Source: a virus. From it: 39,821 nucleotides of DNA. Below the pieces are notes generated by a model. The model was given only the letters and a program-made list of their open reading frames with translations. It ran no database searches and was not told the DNA's origin. Location: the IMG/VR virus record IMGVR_UViG_3300045988_150944, one strand, 5' to 3'. Position numbers and translations under genes: made by a program. Positions 27,747 through 35,931 of the stretch are shown here, one piece after another (the stretch's first letter is position 1; every line of letters starts with the position of its first letter).

Positions 27747-28379
27747 TTATTTATAGGGAAGAGCATCTTTCAGGTCCTCTTCCGGTTCCGCAGTTCTTTC
27801 TATCGTCTTCTCTGTAAATCGGAACTGCTCCAGCGCAGGGAGTAGAATCTGAGCGATGTCTTCTTTTAACACGGTCTGTGTGGCAAAATAAATCATGCTG
27901 TCATTTTTCCAATACAGAATTCCATCTCTGTAATTGGGCCGCCCCGGCATATTCTCTGTCTCTTCCAGATCCTTCATGCTGACCAAGTCCACAAACTCCC
28001 TATAAACTGCAATCAGTCTCCCGGAGCTGTTCAGCTGCAGCAAACGGAAATCATTAATATGTCCCCGCAGTATGACCGGCGTTTTCTCGACAAAATCTTT
28101 GGCAGCCCTCCAACGTTCATAAAAGTCATATCGTGCAAGCTCCATTTCTGCCTGCTGCCCCTCTTTGGTGTAGGTATAGATTTCCCCCTCCTCCGGAAGG
28201 TCCCCGATAAGCTCCGCCAGAATTCCCTTTAACTTGTTGGGAACAAAATCCACATCAATCTGGAAGCCCAAGCAGGTATTGCACACTATCAGTTGGTGAT
28301 GCAACCGGCCTACGGTCAGTCCGGTTGATTTGTACGAATTCGTCAAAATCTTCTTTAACGCTGTGATATTCAAAAACAT
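27747..28379 (-). CDS. hypothetical protein
   Basis: 210-aa ORF, tightly packed in the early operon. Confidence 0.7.
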   Translation of the reverse strand: MFLNITALKKILTNSYKSTGLTVGRLHHQLIVCNTCLGFQIDVDFVPNKLKGILAELIGDLPEEGEIYTYTKEGQQAEMELARYDFYERWRAAKDFVEKTPVILRGHINDFRLLQLNSSGRLIAVYREFVDLVSMKDLEETENMPGRPNYRDGILYWKNDSMIYFATQTVLKEDIAQILLPALEQFRFTEKTIERTAEPEEDLKDALPYK

Positions 28380-28571
28380 TTATGTATCCTCCTCGCTTCT
28401 TTCGCCGTTTTTCTTCCTGCTTTCCTCTATTTCACGCTGAATCATCCCCAGGACAATCTCCATCTCCTCGAAGGTCAGATGCCAGGCTCCTGTTACCATG
28501 ATTTTGACAACCCTGGCAGCAATCTCCATCAGCACCTGCATTCGGAAAGGTGTGATTTTTTCGCCATCCAT
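28380..28571 (-). CDS. hypothetical small protein
   Basis: 63-aa ORF that abuts both neighbours. Confidence 0.5.
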   Translation of the reverse strand: MDGEKITPFRMQVLMEIAARVVKIMVTGAWHLTFEEMEIVLGMIQREIEESRKKNGERSEEDT

Positions 28572-29065
28572 CAGCGTATCCTCAGACTTTCACCGCGGGG
28601 ATCCAGGTGAGCCCAGTCAACCTGCTTCTCGGCCAGCAACTTTCGGATCGCTTCGTTGTTCGGAACCGGCGGCTGCGGAATCAGGAATTTACCAGGAATG
28701 TCATCAATTAATCCGTCAATGACAAGCGGCTGTAATCCTCCATTTTTCTGGATATTGAAGGTGAACAGGGCAGTTTTAAATTTGGTTTTTCCAACGGCGC
28801 GCATGTTAGCTTCCAGCGTGTCTTTCAAGTACTGGGAACGGGCCTCCAGATGCCTGCGACGGGCAGCCAGTCGATTCTCTTCCTCCTTCAAAATTTCGGC
28901 ATCAGCCTTCATGTCCATAATGATTTTGGCATACCCCTCCGCCTTGTCCTCAATTTCACCCCAGACGGCCTCTATTGTGTCCTGTATGGTCTGCTCGTCC
29001 ACCTCCGGGTCATATAGCATGTCCTGTAATGCGGCATACTCTTCTGTTAAATCGTATAATCTCAT
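28571..29065 (-). CDS. Siphovirus Gp157-like protein
   Basis: MRLYDLTEEYAALQDMLYD...IEDKAEGYAKIIMDMKADAEILKEEENRLAARRR matches the pattern of the Gp157 family. Confidence 0.7.
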   Translation of the reverse strand: MRLYDLTEEYAALQDMLYDPEVDEQTIQDTIEAVWGEIEDKAEGYAKIIMDMKADAEILKEEENRLAARRRHLEARSQYLKDTLEANMRAVGKTKFKTALFTFNIQKNGGLQPLVIDGLIDDIPGKFLIPQPPVPNNEAIRKLLAEKQVDWAHLDPRGESLRIR

Positions 29066-29114
29066 TCTTGCATTCCTCCTCGAAATCCCTTACAATAAGG
29101 GTGTATTTGTTTTA

Positions 29115-29318
29115 TTAATTACCCGAGCCTGTCCGGTTGCCGCCGGTGGGCTCTATTTCTCCTTCAATTGCCTCTAGCAGCCTCAAAACCTCTCCGCTTG
29201 TGTACAACAAGTTTTCTTCTGCCCGCATCCATCCGATTGCAAAGCTCAAGCGGATCTCCTCTGGTTTCCGATTCGATAGCTCTGTCAGCAGAATCTCTTT
29301 TGTGGTAGTTCTAAGCAT
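29115..29318 (-). CDS. hypothetical small protein
   Basis: 67-aa ORF with GGAGGGAGAAGG upstream of the ATG. Confidence 0.5.
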   Translation of the reverse strand: MLRTTTKEILLTELSNRKPEEIRLSFAIGWMRAEENLLYTSGEVLRLLEAIEGEIEPTGGNRTGSGN

Positions 29319-29336
29319 CCTTCTCCCTCCTCTCCC

Positions 29337-29495
29337 TTACAACATCCCCGCCGCCCGTAAAAACACCCCGGCCGCAATAATCCATCCGTATGTCATCCAC
29401 ACCATCATGCTGGTCATCCGCTCTACCTGCTTGTTTGCTTCTGCCTCTCGTGCCTGCTTGACAGCCTCGGGGCCATCGTTATAATGTTTGTGCAT
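29337..29495 (-). CDS. small membrane protein (52 aa, ...MMVWMTYGWIIAAGVFLRAAGML)
   Basis: Hand-translated. GGGGAGGTG lies 6 nt upstream of the ATG, and there is a C-terminal TM helix. Confidence 0.45.
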   Translation of the reverse strand: MHKHYNDGPEAVKQAREAEANKQVERMTSMMVWMTYGWIIAAGVFLRAAGML

Positions 29496-29700
29496 TGGTA
29501 TCACCTCCCCTTGGATCTTTACCTAAATATTTATCAATCAGTTCTTGGGAGATGTAATATGTATAGCGTTCTCCCGTCATTGCTTCCGCAATCCCAATCG
29601 GTAGTTTTCCACGCCTCATCAAAACTCTTACTGCAGGTTCCGGTATCCCGAGCTGTTGGCTTGCTGACTTCACAGTTACGCCTAGATTAGATCTTCTCAC
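29479..29700 (-). CDS. excisionase/MerR-type HTH DNA-binding protein
   Basis: VTVKSASQQLGIPEPAVRVLMRRGKLP. GTG start with a GGAAAGGA RBS. Confidence 0.65.
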   Translation of the reverse strand: MRRSNLGVTVKSASQQLGIPEPAVRVLMRRGKLPIGIAEAMTGERYTYYISQELIDKYLGKDPRGGDTNAQTL

Positions 29701-29723
29701 TTTCTCGCATCCTTTCCTATTTC

Positions 29724-29752
29724 TTGCTTTTTCATATTCCCTGCCCTATACT
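29724..29752 (+). promoter_or_regulatory. candidate promoter of the + strand moron
   Basis: TTGCTT-17 nt-TATACT. Confidence 0.45.
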
Positions 29753-29804
29753 GTACTTACAGGCCCCGCCAGGCCGAGTACAAAGGAAAGGGAAATCATA
29801 ATTT

Positions 29805-30767
29805 ATGTCTAACCTTGACAAATCCTTAGAATCATTAATTGGGTTTCAAAAATCCATTGACCGATTAACAAAAAATCCATTTGAATCATTTTTTAAGGAG
29901 CAAGAACGGATGATTAAATCATTCACCACCCTTAATCCACTTATTGAGTCTACAGACGCCATTAGGAAAGCTTTTAATCAGCCAATAATTGATATATCAC
30001 AAAAACTTTCTGTCATGTACGATGGCATGGCATTGAATTCAATTACCAATATGTTGGCTCAATACTCTACCATGTCAGAACCCTTTCGACAAATCGCTAC
30101 TCAGTTGGATGGCTCCGCACTTTTAAATCTCCAGAAAACAGTTGCCAATGATTCCTTTCAGCAGCAAATAAACAGCATTCAAAATAGTTTGGCCTCATTT
30201 TCTTCTACATTTAATTCAATAGCTATTCACGATAATTATGTTGACATGCCAACCCGTTTGATTCCTGATGATTTTAATTACACCGAAATAGACAGCGGCA
30301 TTACGCATGAATCTGAAAAAAACTTGCCTGGTTCCACCAATGTTAAGAGGCTATCTATTCCCGATGCCATAACCGTTATATGTAATTTAATCACGCTGTT
30401 TTTTACTATAATAACTTTTCTTCAAGCGCAACAATCTTCTATCCAACAACAGGAAAACCACGAAGAACTTGTCCGTTTGGAGCAGCAGCAAATTTCCTTA
30501 CAGAAAACGGAAAACAAATTGCTACAGGTTCAAATTGATGCAACTGAAAAAAATGCCGAGTATCTTTTAGAGCTTCTTAATCGACTCCAAGAAGCTGACG
30601 AAGGTTCTCTTGCAGCTCTTTTTCCAACTGAAGCTGCTCTGTCAGATACTGATTCGAAATCTCAATGTGGCCATTCAAAAGCTGAGCCTGCTGATTCACT
30701 AAATCCCATAAAATCTGATGACACTGAGCGTTTTGATGCTGAACACGGTAACTTTGGACCGCACTAA
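29805..30767 (+). CDS. moron: hypothetical protein with one central TM helix and a Q/E/L coiled coil
   Basis: 320 aa and AT-rich. TM helix AITVICNLITLFFTIITFLQA. It is oriented against the early operon and has its own promoter and terminator. Confidence 0.75.
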   Translation: MSNLDKSLESLIGFQKSIDRLTKNPFESFFKEQERMIKSFTTLNPLIESTDAIRKAFNQPIIDISQKLSVMYDGMALNSITNMLAQYSTMSEPFRQIATQLDGSALLNLQKTVANDSFQQQINSIQNSLASFSSTFNSIAIHDNYVDMPTRLIPDDFNYTEIDSGITHESEKNLPGSTNVKRLSIPDAITVICNLITLFFTIITFLQAQQSSIQQQENHEELVRLEQQQISLQKTENKLLQVQIDATEKNAEYLLELLNRLQEADEGSLAALFPTEAALSDTDSKSQCGHSKAEPADSLNPIKSDDTERFDAEHGNFGPH

Positions 30768-30840
30768 GTATTTGCATAAAGCTAAGTACAAGAATCCACG
30801 CTTTCCACGCCGGAATGCGTGGTTTTTTCTCTTTCTCCAT
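30577..30840 (-). CDS. doubtful 87-aa ORF overlapping the 3' end of the moron in antisense
   Basis: AAGGAGGG lies 4 nt upstream of the ATG, 1 nt after the cro-like stop. However, it contains the + strand terminator, and Q/E/L codons are open in antisense anyway. Confidence 0.25.
   Translation of the reverse strand: MEKEKKPRIPAWKAWILVLSFMQILSAVQSYRVQHQNAQCHQILWDLVNQQAQLLNGHIEISNQYLTEQLQLEKELQENLRQLLGVD
30805..30828 (+). terminator. rho-independent terminator of the moron
   Basis: CCACGC-CGGAAT-GCGTGG followed by TTTTTT. Confidence 0.6.
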
Positions 30841-30841
30841 C

Positions 30842-31084
30842 TCACCCTCCTTCTTTTTCTTTTAGTGAATTAAATTCACTATTTGAAGCAAAAAAAATTT
30901 CATCCCTTTTGTTTCTTGATAAGTTTAACACTTGCGATAATGCACAGATTTCAGACCCTTTAAAATCTCCTGACTTCATTCGATTATATAAGGTTTCCCT
31001 TAAAATTCCAGCCTTTTCTGCAACAGATGTTACTGTCATTCCAGAATCTTCTATGCATTTCTTCAAGGCCATTGTATCCGTCAC
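30842..31084 (-). CDS. Cro-like XRE-family HTH regulator
   Basis: MTVTSVAEKAGILRETLYNRMKSGDF. AAGGAGG lies 7 nt upstream of the GTG at 31084. It is divergent from the repressor gene. Confidence 0.7.
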   Translation of the reverse strand: MTDTMALKKCIEDSGMTVTSVAEKAGILRETLYNRMKSGDFKGSEICALSQVLNLSRNKRDEIFFASNSEFNSLKEKEGG

Positions 31085-31109
31085 GCTCTCACCTCCTTGT
31101 TGATTTATA

Positions 31110-31131
31110 TTCACTATAGCACCTTAGTGAA
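31110..31131. promoter_or_regulatory. operator: inverted repeat TTCACTA-N8-TAGTGAA
   Basis: Overlaps the -10 and spacer of the - strand promoter. A related palindrome TAGTGAA-TTAAA-TTCACTA lies at 30863-30881, and ACACATGTGT lies at 31173-31182. Confidence 0.6.
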
Positions 31132-31141
31132 TTAGTGTCAA
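31113..31141 (-). promoter_or_regulatory. early lytic promoter (PR-like)
   Basis: The - strand reads TTGACA-17 nt-TATAGT. Confidence 0.65.
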
Positions 31142-31159
31142 CACTTTTAAACAATTTTG

Positions 31160-31188
31160 TTGATTTTTTTTCACACATGTGTTATTAT
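31160..31188 (+). promoter_or_regulatory. repressor promoter (PRM-like, extended -10)
   Basis: TTGATT-17 nt-TATTAT with TGT immediately upstream of the -10. Confidence 0.5.
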
Positions 31189-31213
31189 CGACTTATAGAA
31201 AGGCGGTGCTTAT

Positions 31214-31852
31214 ATGCTTGAATTATATAAGAATATCAAACGATTACGAGAAGAAAAAGGAATGTCACAAGAGACACTTGCAAAACTTACGGGCTATACA
31301 GACCGCTCCTCTATCACCAAGATAGAAAAGGGATTAGTTGACTTACAGCAATCAAAAATAGAGTTATTCGCCAAAGCTCTTGGAACCACATCATCCAAAT
31401 TATTTGGATGGGATAACAACATCGCCCCCATCACCAACGGAACCAAACAAAAGCGCCCAGGCGTCACCATTAATGTTCTTGGCCGAGTAGCCGCCGGAAC
31501 CCCAATAGAAGCCGTAGAAGATATTATAGACACGGAAGAAATCACGGAGGAAATGGCTTCCACTGGTGAATTCTTTGGATTACAAATTGATGGCGATTCT
31601 ATGGAACCAAAAATGAGTAAAGGTGATGTGGTCATCGTTCGCCAGCAAGATGATGCCGAATCCGGTGATACTGTTATAGTAACCATCAACGGGACCGATG
31701 CCACCTGTAAGCGGATCAGGAAGTACCGTGATGGTATAGAACTCATTTCTACTAACCCTAGTTATGAACCAATGTTTTTTTCGAACAAAGATATTGTGAA
31801 TAAGCCTGTAAAAATTATTGGTAAGGTTGTTGAGTTAAGATGTAAATTTTAA
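31214..31852 (+). CDS. CI/LexA-like repressor (XRE HTH plus S24 peptidase)
   Basis: HTH MSQETLAKLTGYTDRSSITKIEKG, a VAAG cleavage-type site, catalytic Ser in GDSMEP and Lys in CKRIRK. Confidence 0.9.
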   Translation: MLELYKNIKRLREEKGMSQETLAKLTGYTDRSSITKIEKGLVDLQQSKIELFAKALGTTSSKLFGWDNNIAPITNGTKQKRPGVTINVLGRVAAGTPIEAVEDIIDTEEITEEMASTGEFFGLQIDGDSMEPKMSKGDVVIVRQQDDAESGDTVIVTINGTDATCKRIRKYRDGIELISTNPSYEPMFFSNKDIVNKPVKIIGKVVELRCKF

Positions 31853-31903
31853 TTACGATTAATATATTCAATGGTTTCTAGAAAAACTCAGGGAGGGCGC
31901 CAT

Positions 31904-32068
31904 ATGAAATTTGGAATGAGAAAAGTAAGTCCTATGAAATCCTTTAAGGCCAGGACCACCGGCCGGGCCAAAAGGGCTGTCAAGAAAGCGATTATCCCAG
32001 GATACGGCATATATTCCAACACGGCGGCTTTTCGCACAGCTCTATATGCTCAAGCTTATGTTTCCTGA
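31904..32068 (+). CDS. small basic hypothetical protein
   Basis: GGGAGGG lies 6 nt upstream of the ATG. MKFGMRKVSPMKSFKARTTGRAKRAVKKAIIPGYG is a pattern recurrent in Firmicutes prophages. Confidence 0.45.
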   Translation: MKFGMRKVSPMKSFKARTTGRAKRAVKKAIIPGYGIYSNTAAFRTALYAQAYVS

Positions 32069-32356
32069 CCATGATAAATGGAATAATTATTACTTGAACG
32101 AGTTTGGAAAATTATTTCGCATATATAAACCTTATATATCAAAAAAGCATTTGGACTTTCCATATAGGTGGAAATCCATGTTGAAAATATAATAAAAGCC
32201 CCAGGAGCTGCGAACTCCCAGAGCTTTTCACACAGATTACTCTTGCCGGAATGCTCCAGAACGATATAACCTATCCAATCAATAGAATTATATCATTCCT
32301 GGAGCGTCCTGGCAAGGGGCGTATTTTTTATACCCAAAAAGAGGAGGAATGATATT

Positions 32357-33397
32357 ATGAAATTGCCTAACAAATACGGCTGTGTTTACAAAATGACCGG
32401 AAAGCGCCGGCGCCCCTATGCCGTCCGAATAAAAGTCGGGGAGCATGACAACGGCACACCTATCTACAAATACCTTGGCTACTTCGAGAAGTCCGCGGAT
32501 GCCTACACCTTCCTGGCGAAATACAACGAGGGACTTGTCACACCCGACAACCGGCTCAAAAATGACATTCTATTTCGCCAGGTATTCGACGAGTGGATCA
32601 CGGAGCACGAGCGTTACAAAGATGTTGGCAAGCAGGCTCACGCATCCTACACACTCGGTTTCGCCCAGCTCAAGGATCTCCACGATAAGCAATTCGCTCT
32701 TCTAAGGATTGACGATCTCCAGGCCCAGATTGACAAGTTGGAGAACATGTCCGAATCCACCATCCAGAAACCGATAACACTCTTACATTTCCTTTATAAG
32801 TACGCCATGAAAAAAGAGTATGTTGATAAAGACTATTCTCAGTATATTATACGTGTTTCTGCCAAAGAAAAGCAGCAGTTGCACAAGGCATTTTCCCATG
32901 ACGAAATAAAGAAACTGTGGAAAGACGGTTCCGATGATGCAAAGCGGATTCTGATTTTTATTTACACCGGATTCCGTGCAACCGAGCTTTTAGAGATAAA
33001 AAAAGAACAAGTCCATTTAAAGGATAACTACATAATCGGCGGCAAGAAAACAGATGCCGGTAAGAACCGTGTCGTCCCTATCCACAAAAAGATACTGCCC
33101 CTTGTCCGAGCATTCTACCAGGCATCCAGCACGTATCTCCTCGAAGAAAACGGCAAGCCGATCACATATATGCATTTCAAAGATTATCATATGATCCCTC
33201 TCATGGAGAGACTCGGCATGAAGCACACATTACATGATACCCGACATACTTGCGCCTCTCTCATGAAAGAATATGAATGTGACGACCTATACAGGAAACT
33301 TATCATGGGGCACAGGGTAGAAGACCTGACCGACAGAGTCTATACCCATGTGGAAATTGCCCGTCTTGTTTTGGAGATAAATAAAATCAAAATTTAG
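32357..33397 (+). CDS. int: tyrosine-type site-specific integrase
   Basis: GFRATELLEI (Arg), HDTRHTCASL (H-x-x-R), MGHRVEDLTDRVYTHV (His, Tyr). It lies downstream of the repressor. Confidence 0.9.
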   Translation: MKLPNKYGCVYKMTGKRRRPYAVRIKVGEHDNGTPIYKYLGYFEKSADAYTFLAKYNEGLVTPDNRLKNDILFRQVFDEWITEHERYKDVGKQAHASYTLGFAQLKDLHDKQFALLRIDDLQAQIDKLENMSESTIQKPITLLHFLYKYAMKKEYVDKDYSQYIIRVSAKEKQQLHKAFSHDEIKKLWKDGSDDAKRILIFIYTGFRATELLEIKKEQVHLKDNYIIGGKKTDAGKNRVVPIHKKILPLVRAFYQASSTYLLEENGKPITYMHFKDYHMIPLMERLGMKHTLHDTRHTCASLMKEYECDDLYRKLIMGHRVEDLTDRVYTHVEIARLVLEINKIKI

Positions 33398-33398
33398 T

Positions 33399-33429
33399 TT
33401 GTGTATCTTTTGTGTATCACTTGTGTATC
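33399..33429 (+). repeat. three TTGTGTATC direct repeats with 11-nt phasing (candidate integrase arm sites / attP arm)
   Basis: Copies start at 33399, 33410 and 33421, directly after the int stop. Confidence 0.5.
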
Positions 33430-33666
33430 GCTAACTCATTTTTCAATATTTTGTAATACTCAGGCACCGCATAAAACCTAGGAATTTTCCACCTATTCCA
33501 CCCGCTTTAATACTTTTATTTTATGACGATATATAGAGAATATGCATGTTCCGGGATATTTGCCAACTTTATGTGTATCTTTTACCAAGCGCTTCATATG
33601 ATGCTACATTCTATGTTGGCATTATGAATTTATCTTTTACTGGCGGCCGGATCACTCCTGGGGGCC

Positions 33667-33716
33667 AACAAAAACGTCTTGATTTCTGCTTTTCACGCAG
33701 AAGCTCAAGACGTTTT
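33667..33716 (-). terminator. rho-independent terminator (long hairpin)
   Basis: A 12-bp arm AAAACGTCTTGA/TCAAGACGTTTT encloses a 6-bp stem TTCTGC/GCAGAA. On the - strand it is followed by TTTTTGTT. It overlaps the stop of the HTH gene. Confidence 0.65.
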
Positions 33717-33920
33717 ATTCTCATCTGGTACATATCGGCAAATCTCTTCTATTTCGCAATTCAGTATTTCACATAATCGATTTAAAGTACTTGTTTTTAC
33801 AATCTCGTTGTGGCGCAAACGGAAAAGCTGTGCTTCGTTCACGTGATGAGTATGGATTAAATCATACTGTGATACACCCTTTTTCTTCATGGTATCCCAT
33901 AGCCTGTCATAAGTTATCAT
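33705..33920 (-). CDS. XRE-family HTH protein
   Basis: MITYDRLWDTMKKKGVSQYDLI...TLNRLCEILNCEIEEI. A GAGGGG RBS is present. The IS end lies 23 nt upstream of its ATG. Confidence 0.75.
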   Translation of the reverse strand: MITYDRLWDTMKKKGVSQYDLIHTHHVNEAQLFRLRHNEIVKTSTLNRLCEILNCEIEEICRYVPDENKTS

Positions 33921-33935
33921 ATTTTACCCCTCGGT

Positions 33936-33943
33936 CTATTGCC
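33936..33943. repeat. target-site duplication CTATTGCC (left)
   Basis: Identical 8-mer at 35827-35834, immediately outside the inverted repeats. Confidence 0.85.
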
Positions 33944-34042
33944 GGTAGTGTCAAGTCTGACACTCCGTTTTTTATTAAAAACCTCGTGTTTCCAAGGATT
34001 ACACCACTTTTTTAAAATAAAAAAGCAATGACCTCCCCTTTT

Positions 34043-34051
34043 TGGTATAAT
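34043..34051 (+). promoter_or_regulatory. extended -10 element upstream of the transposase
   Basis: TGgTATAAT. Confidence 0.4.
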
Positions 34052-34095
34052 GTAATCACCACAAAAACATCACAACCAAAGGATTGATCATTGCT

Positions 34096-35547
34096 ATGGA
34101 TAACATTATACTCTATTTACTTACTGTAATTCAAGAACAATACAAAACTATTTGCTGGCTCCTGAACTTCATCTGCAGATATATCCCTCTCAAGCAGTGG
34201 GCCTTCGATGATTCCCACTCCCCTAAATACCACAAATTTACCACTGACCGCCTCCCTGTCATCAAGCCTTTCATCAAACAAGACTGGCAGTTCCTACTGG
34301 AATACTACCTCTGGAAGTATGGTAAAACCGTCAGGTCGGTCCAGCGGCGCAACGGGAAATCCGTTCCCGAGGATACCGTCTGTCCCCTCTGTGGCGCTCC
34401 CCACCACTATCTCTATGATAATAATGGCGGCAACGGACAGTACCAGTGCAAGGTCTGTGGACAGACGTTTGTCACTGGGGAGGTTGTTACCTCCCCAGTC
34501 CGTTTCGTGTGCCCTTACTGTGGACACACCCTTGTCCCGAAAAAGGACCGGAGGTTCTTCCGCATCCACAAATGTGTCAATCCAAAGTGTTCCTTCTATC
34601 TGCATAACCTCTCCAGGGTTGAGAAAAAACATCTGGATGAGGATCACGGTAAAAATAAATACAAGCTCCATTACCTCTACCGGGAATTCACCGTGGATTT
34701 CTTCCGCATAAGCTTAGACTCCCTGCCTAAGAACGCTTCCTCCCTGAAATTCTCTAAGCACAACGCACACATCATGTCCCTGTGCCTTACCATGCATGTC
34801 AACCTCCAGCTTTCCCTCCGAAAAACTGCCCAGGCCTTAAACGATCTCTATGGCATCCGGATTTCCCACCAGCAGGTTGCCAACTATGCCAGGACAGCCG
34901 CCCTTGTCATCAAACCCTTCGTTGACCACTATGAATACCCGAAATCTTCCGTATTCACTGCCGATGAGACCTATATCAAGGTACGCGGTATCAAAGGATA
35001 CATCTGGTTCATCATGGACGCTGCCTCACGCTCCATCCTCGGATACCAGGTTTCAGACAACCGATCGGTCGGACCCTGCATTCTCGCCATGCGCATGGCG
35101 TTCCAAGGCCTAACGAAACTCCCTGAGAAGTTCCGGTTCATTGCCGATGGGTACAGCGCCTATCCGCTGGCCGCCCTGCAGTTCGCTCAGGAGCTGGGGG
35201 AAGGCTTCAAATTTGACATCACCCAGGTAATCGGACTCACAAACGACGATGCCGTCTCCAAGGAGTTCCGTCCCTACAAGCAGATGATCGAACGGCTCAA
35301 CCGTACTTTTAAATCCACTTACCGGGTCAGCTGCGGCTACGATAATTACAACGGCGCAAACGATAACGTGGCACTCTGGGTCGCCTACTACAACTTCCTG
35401 CGTCCTCACAAGCACAATCATTATCAGGTGCTCAATAAAGTCGATATGCTGGAAGACGCAGACAACATGCCCGGTAAATGGCAGCTCCTGATCCTGCTCG
35501 GACAGCAAACCATCCTCCATCTGCAGGAACAGCTGGCGGCTGGCTAA
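34096..35547 (+). CDS. DDE transposase (IS6/IS240-like core with N-terminal zinc ribbons)
   Basis: CPLCGAPHH...CKVCGQ and CPYCGH...CVNPKC. DDE region TADETYIKVRGIKGYIWFIMDAASRSILGY...FIADGYSAY...IERLNRTFK. Confidence 0.85.
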   Translation: MDNIILYLLTVIQEQYKTICWLLNFICRYIPLKQWAFDDSHSPKYHKFTTDRLPVIKPFIKQDWQFLLEYYLWKYGKTVRSVQRRNGKSVPEDTVCPLCGAPHHYLYDNNGGNGQYQCKVCGQTFVTGEVVTSPVRFVCPYCGHTLVPKKDRRFFRIHKCVNPKCSFYLHNLSRVEKKHLDEDHGKNKYKLHYLYREFTVDFFRISLDSLPKNASSLKFSKHNAHIMSLCLTMHVNLQLSLRKTAQALNDLYGIRISHQQVANYARTAALVIKPFVDHYEYPKSSVFTADETYIKVRGIKGYIWFIMDAASRSILGYQVSDNRSVGPCILAMRMAFQGLTKLPEKFRFIADGYSAYPLAALQFAQELGEGFKFDITQVIGLTNDDAVSKEFRPYKQMIERLNRTFKSTYRVSCGYDNYNGANDNVALWVAYYNFLRPHKHNHYQVLNKVDMLEDADNMPGKWQLLILLGQQTILHLQEQLAAG

Positions 35548-35826
35548 ATCTGTTCTTAGATTCCAAGCCAGAGGGACAAAACGCAGCCATCCCGAAGGGA
35601 CCTGCCCTTGATGGCACGCCAAACCAATGCTACCATGCTGTGACTACGACGGTGAAATGTTATCTGTTCTTGAGTTCTTCGCCGTCGGTAAGACGTTCAG
35701 AGCATTGTTTTGGCGTGCCGTCAAGGGTGGCGGGAACTGCCGATTTCTTACATATCTGCAATTTTCAAGGTTCTAATGTTGCCAGTTCACCCGGCTTCGG
35801 GTTTTCATAATTCACTTGACACTACC

Positions 35827-35834
35827 CTATTGCC
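35827..35834. repeat. target-site duplication CTATTGCC (right)
   Basis: See 33936-33943. Confidence 0.85.
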
Positions 35835-35931
35835 ATATCATTATTATTGCATTAAAATATGATTATTAATATTGTGCGTATACGAACAATATATACTGAC
35901 AAAAATCACTTTTGCGAGGGGCGATAAAAGA

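Larger units (their letters stand above)
33944..35826 (+). mobile_element. IS6-like insertion sequence (1,883 bp)
   Basis: 13-bp perfect terminal inverted repeats, GGTAGTGTCAAGT (33944-33956) and ACTTGACACTACC (35814-35826). It has an 8-bp TSD and a single DDE transposase. Confidence 0.85.

Noticed and set aside
32190-32240. Hairpin AAAAGC...GCTTTT as a terminator between the small basic ORF and int
   Set aside because: The stem is short and interrupted (GGAG/CTCC core with an internal loop), and the T-run is only 4 nt. This is too weak to call.
33546-33776. 76-aa + strand ORF
   Set aside because: It runs through the large terminator hairpin and into the antisense of the XRE gene, and it has no RBS.
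35110-35622. 170-aa - strand ORF
   Set aside because: Antisense to the transposase gene inside the IS, with no signals.
35688-35695. GGTAAGAC (origin iteron sequence) inside the IS
   Set aside because: A single 8-mer match is expected by chance in 40 kb, and there are no neighbouring copies.
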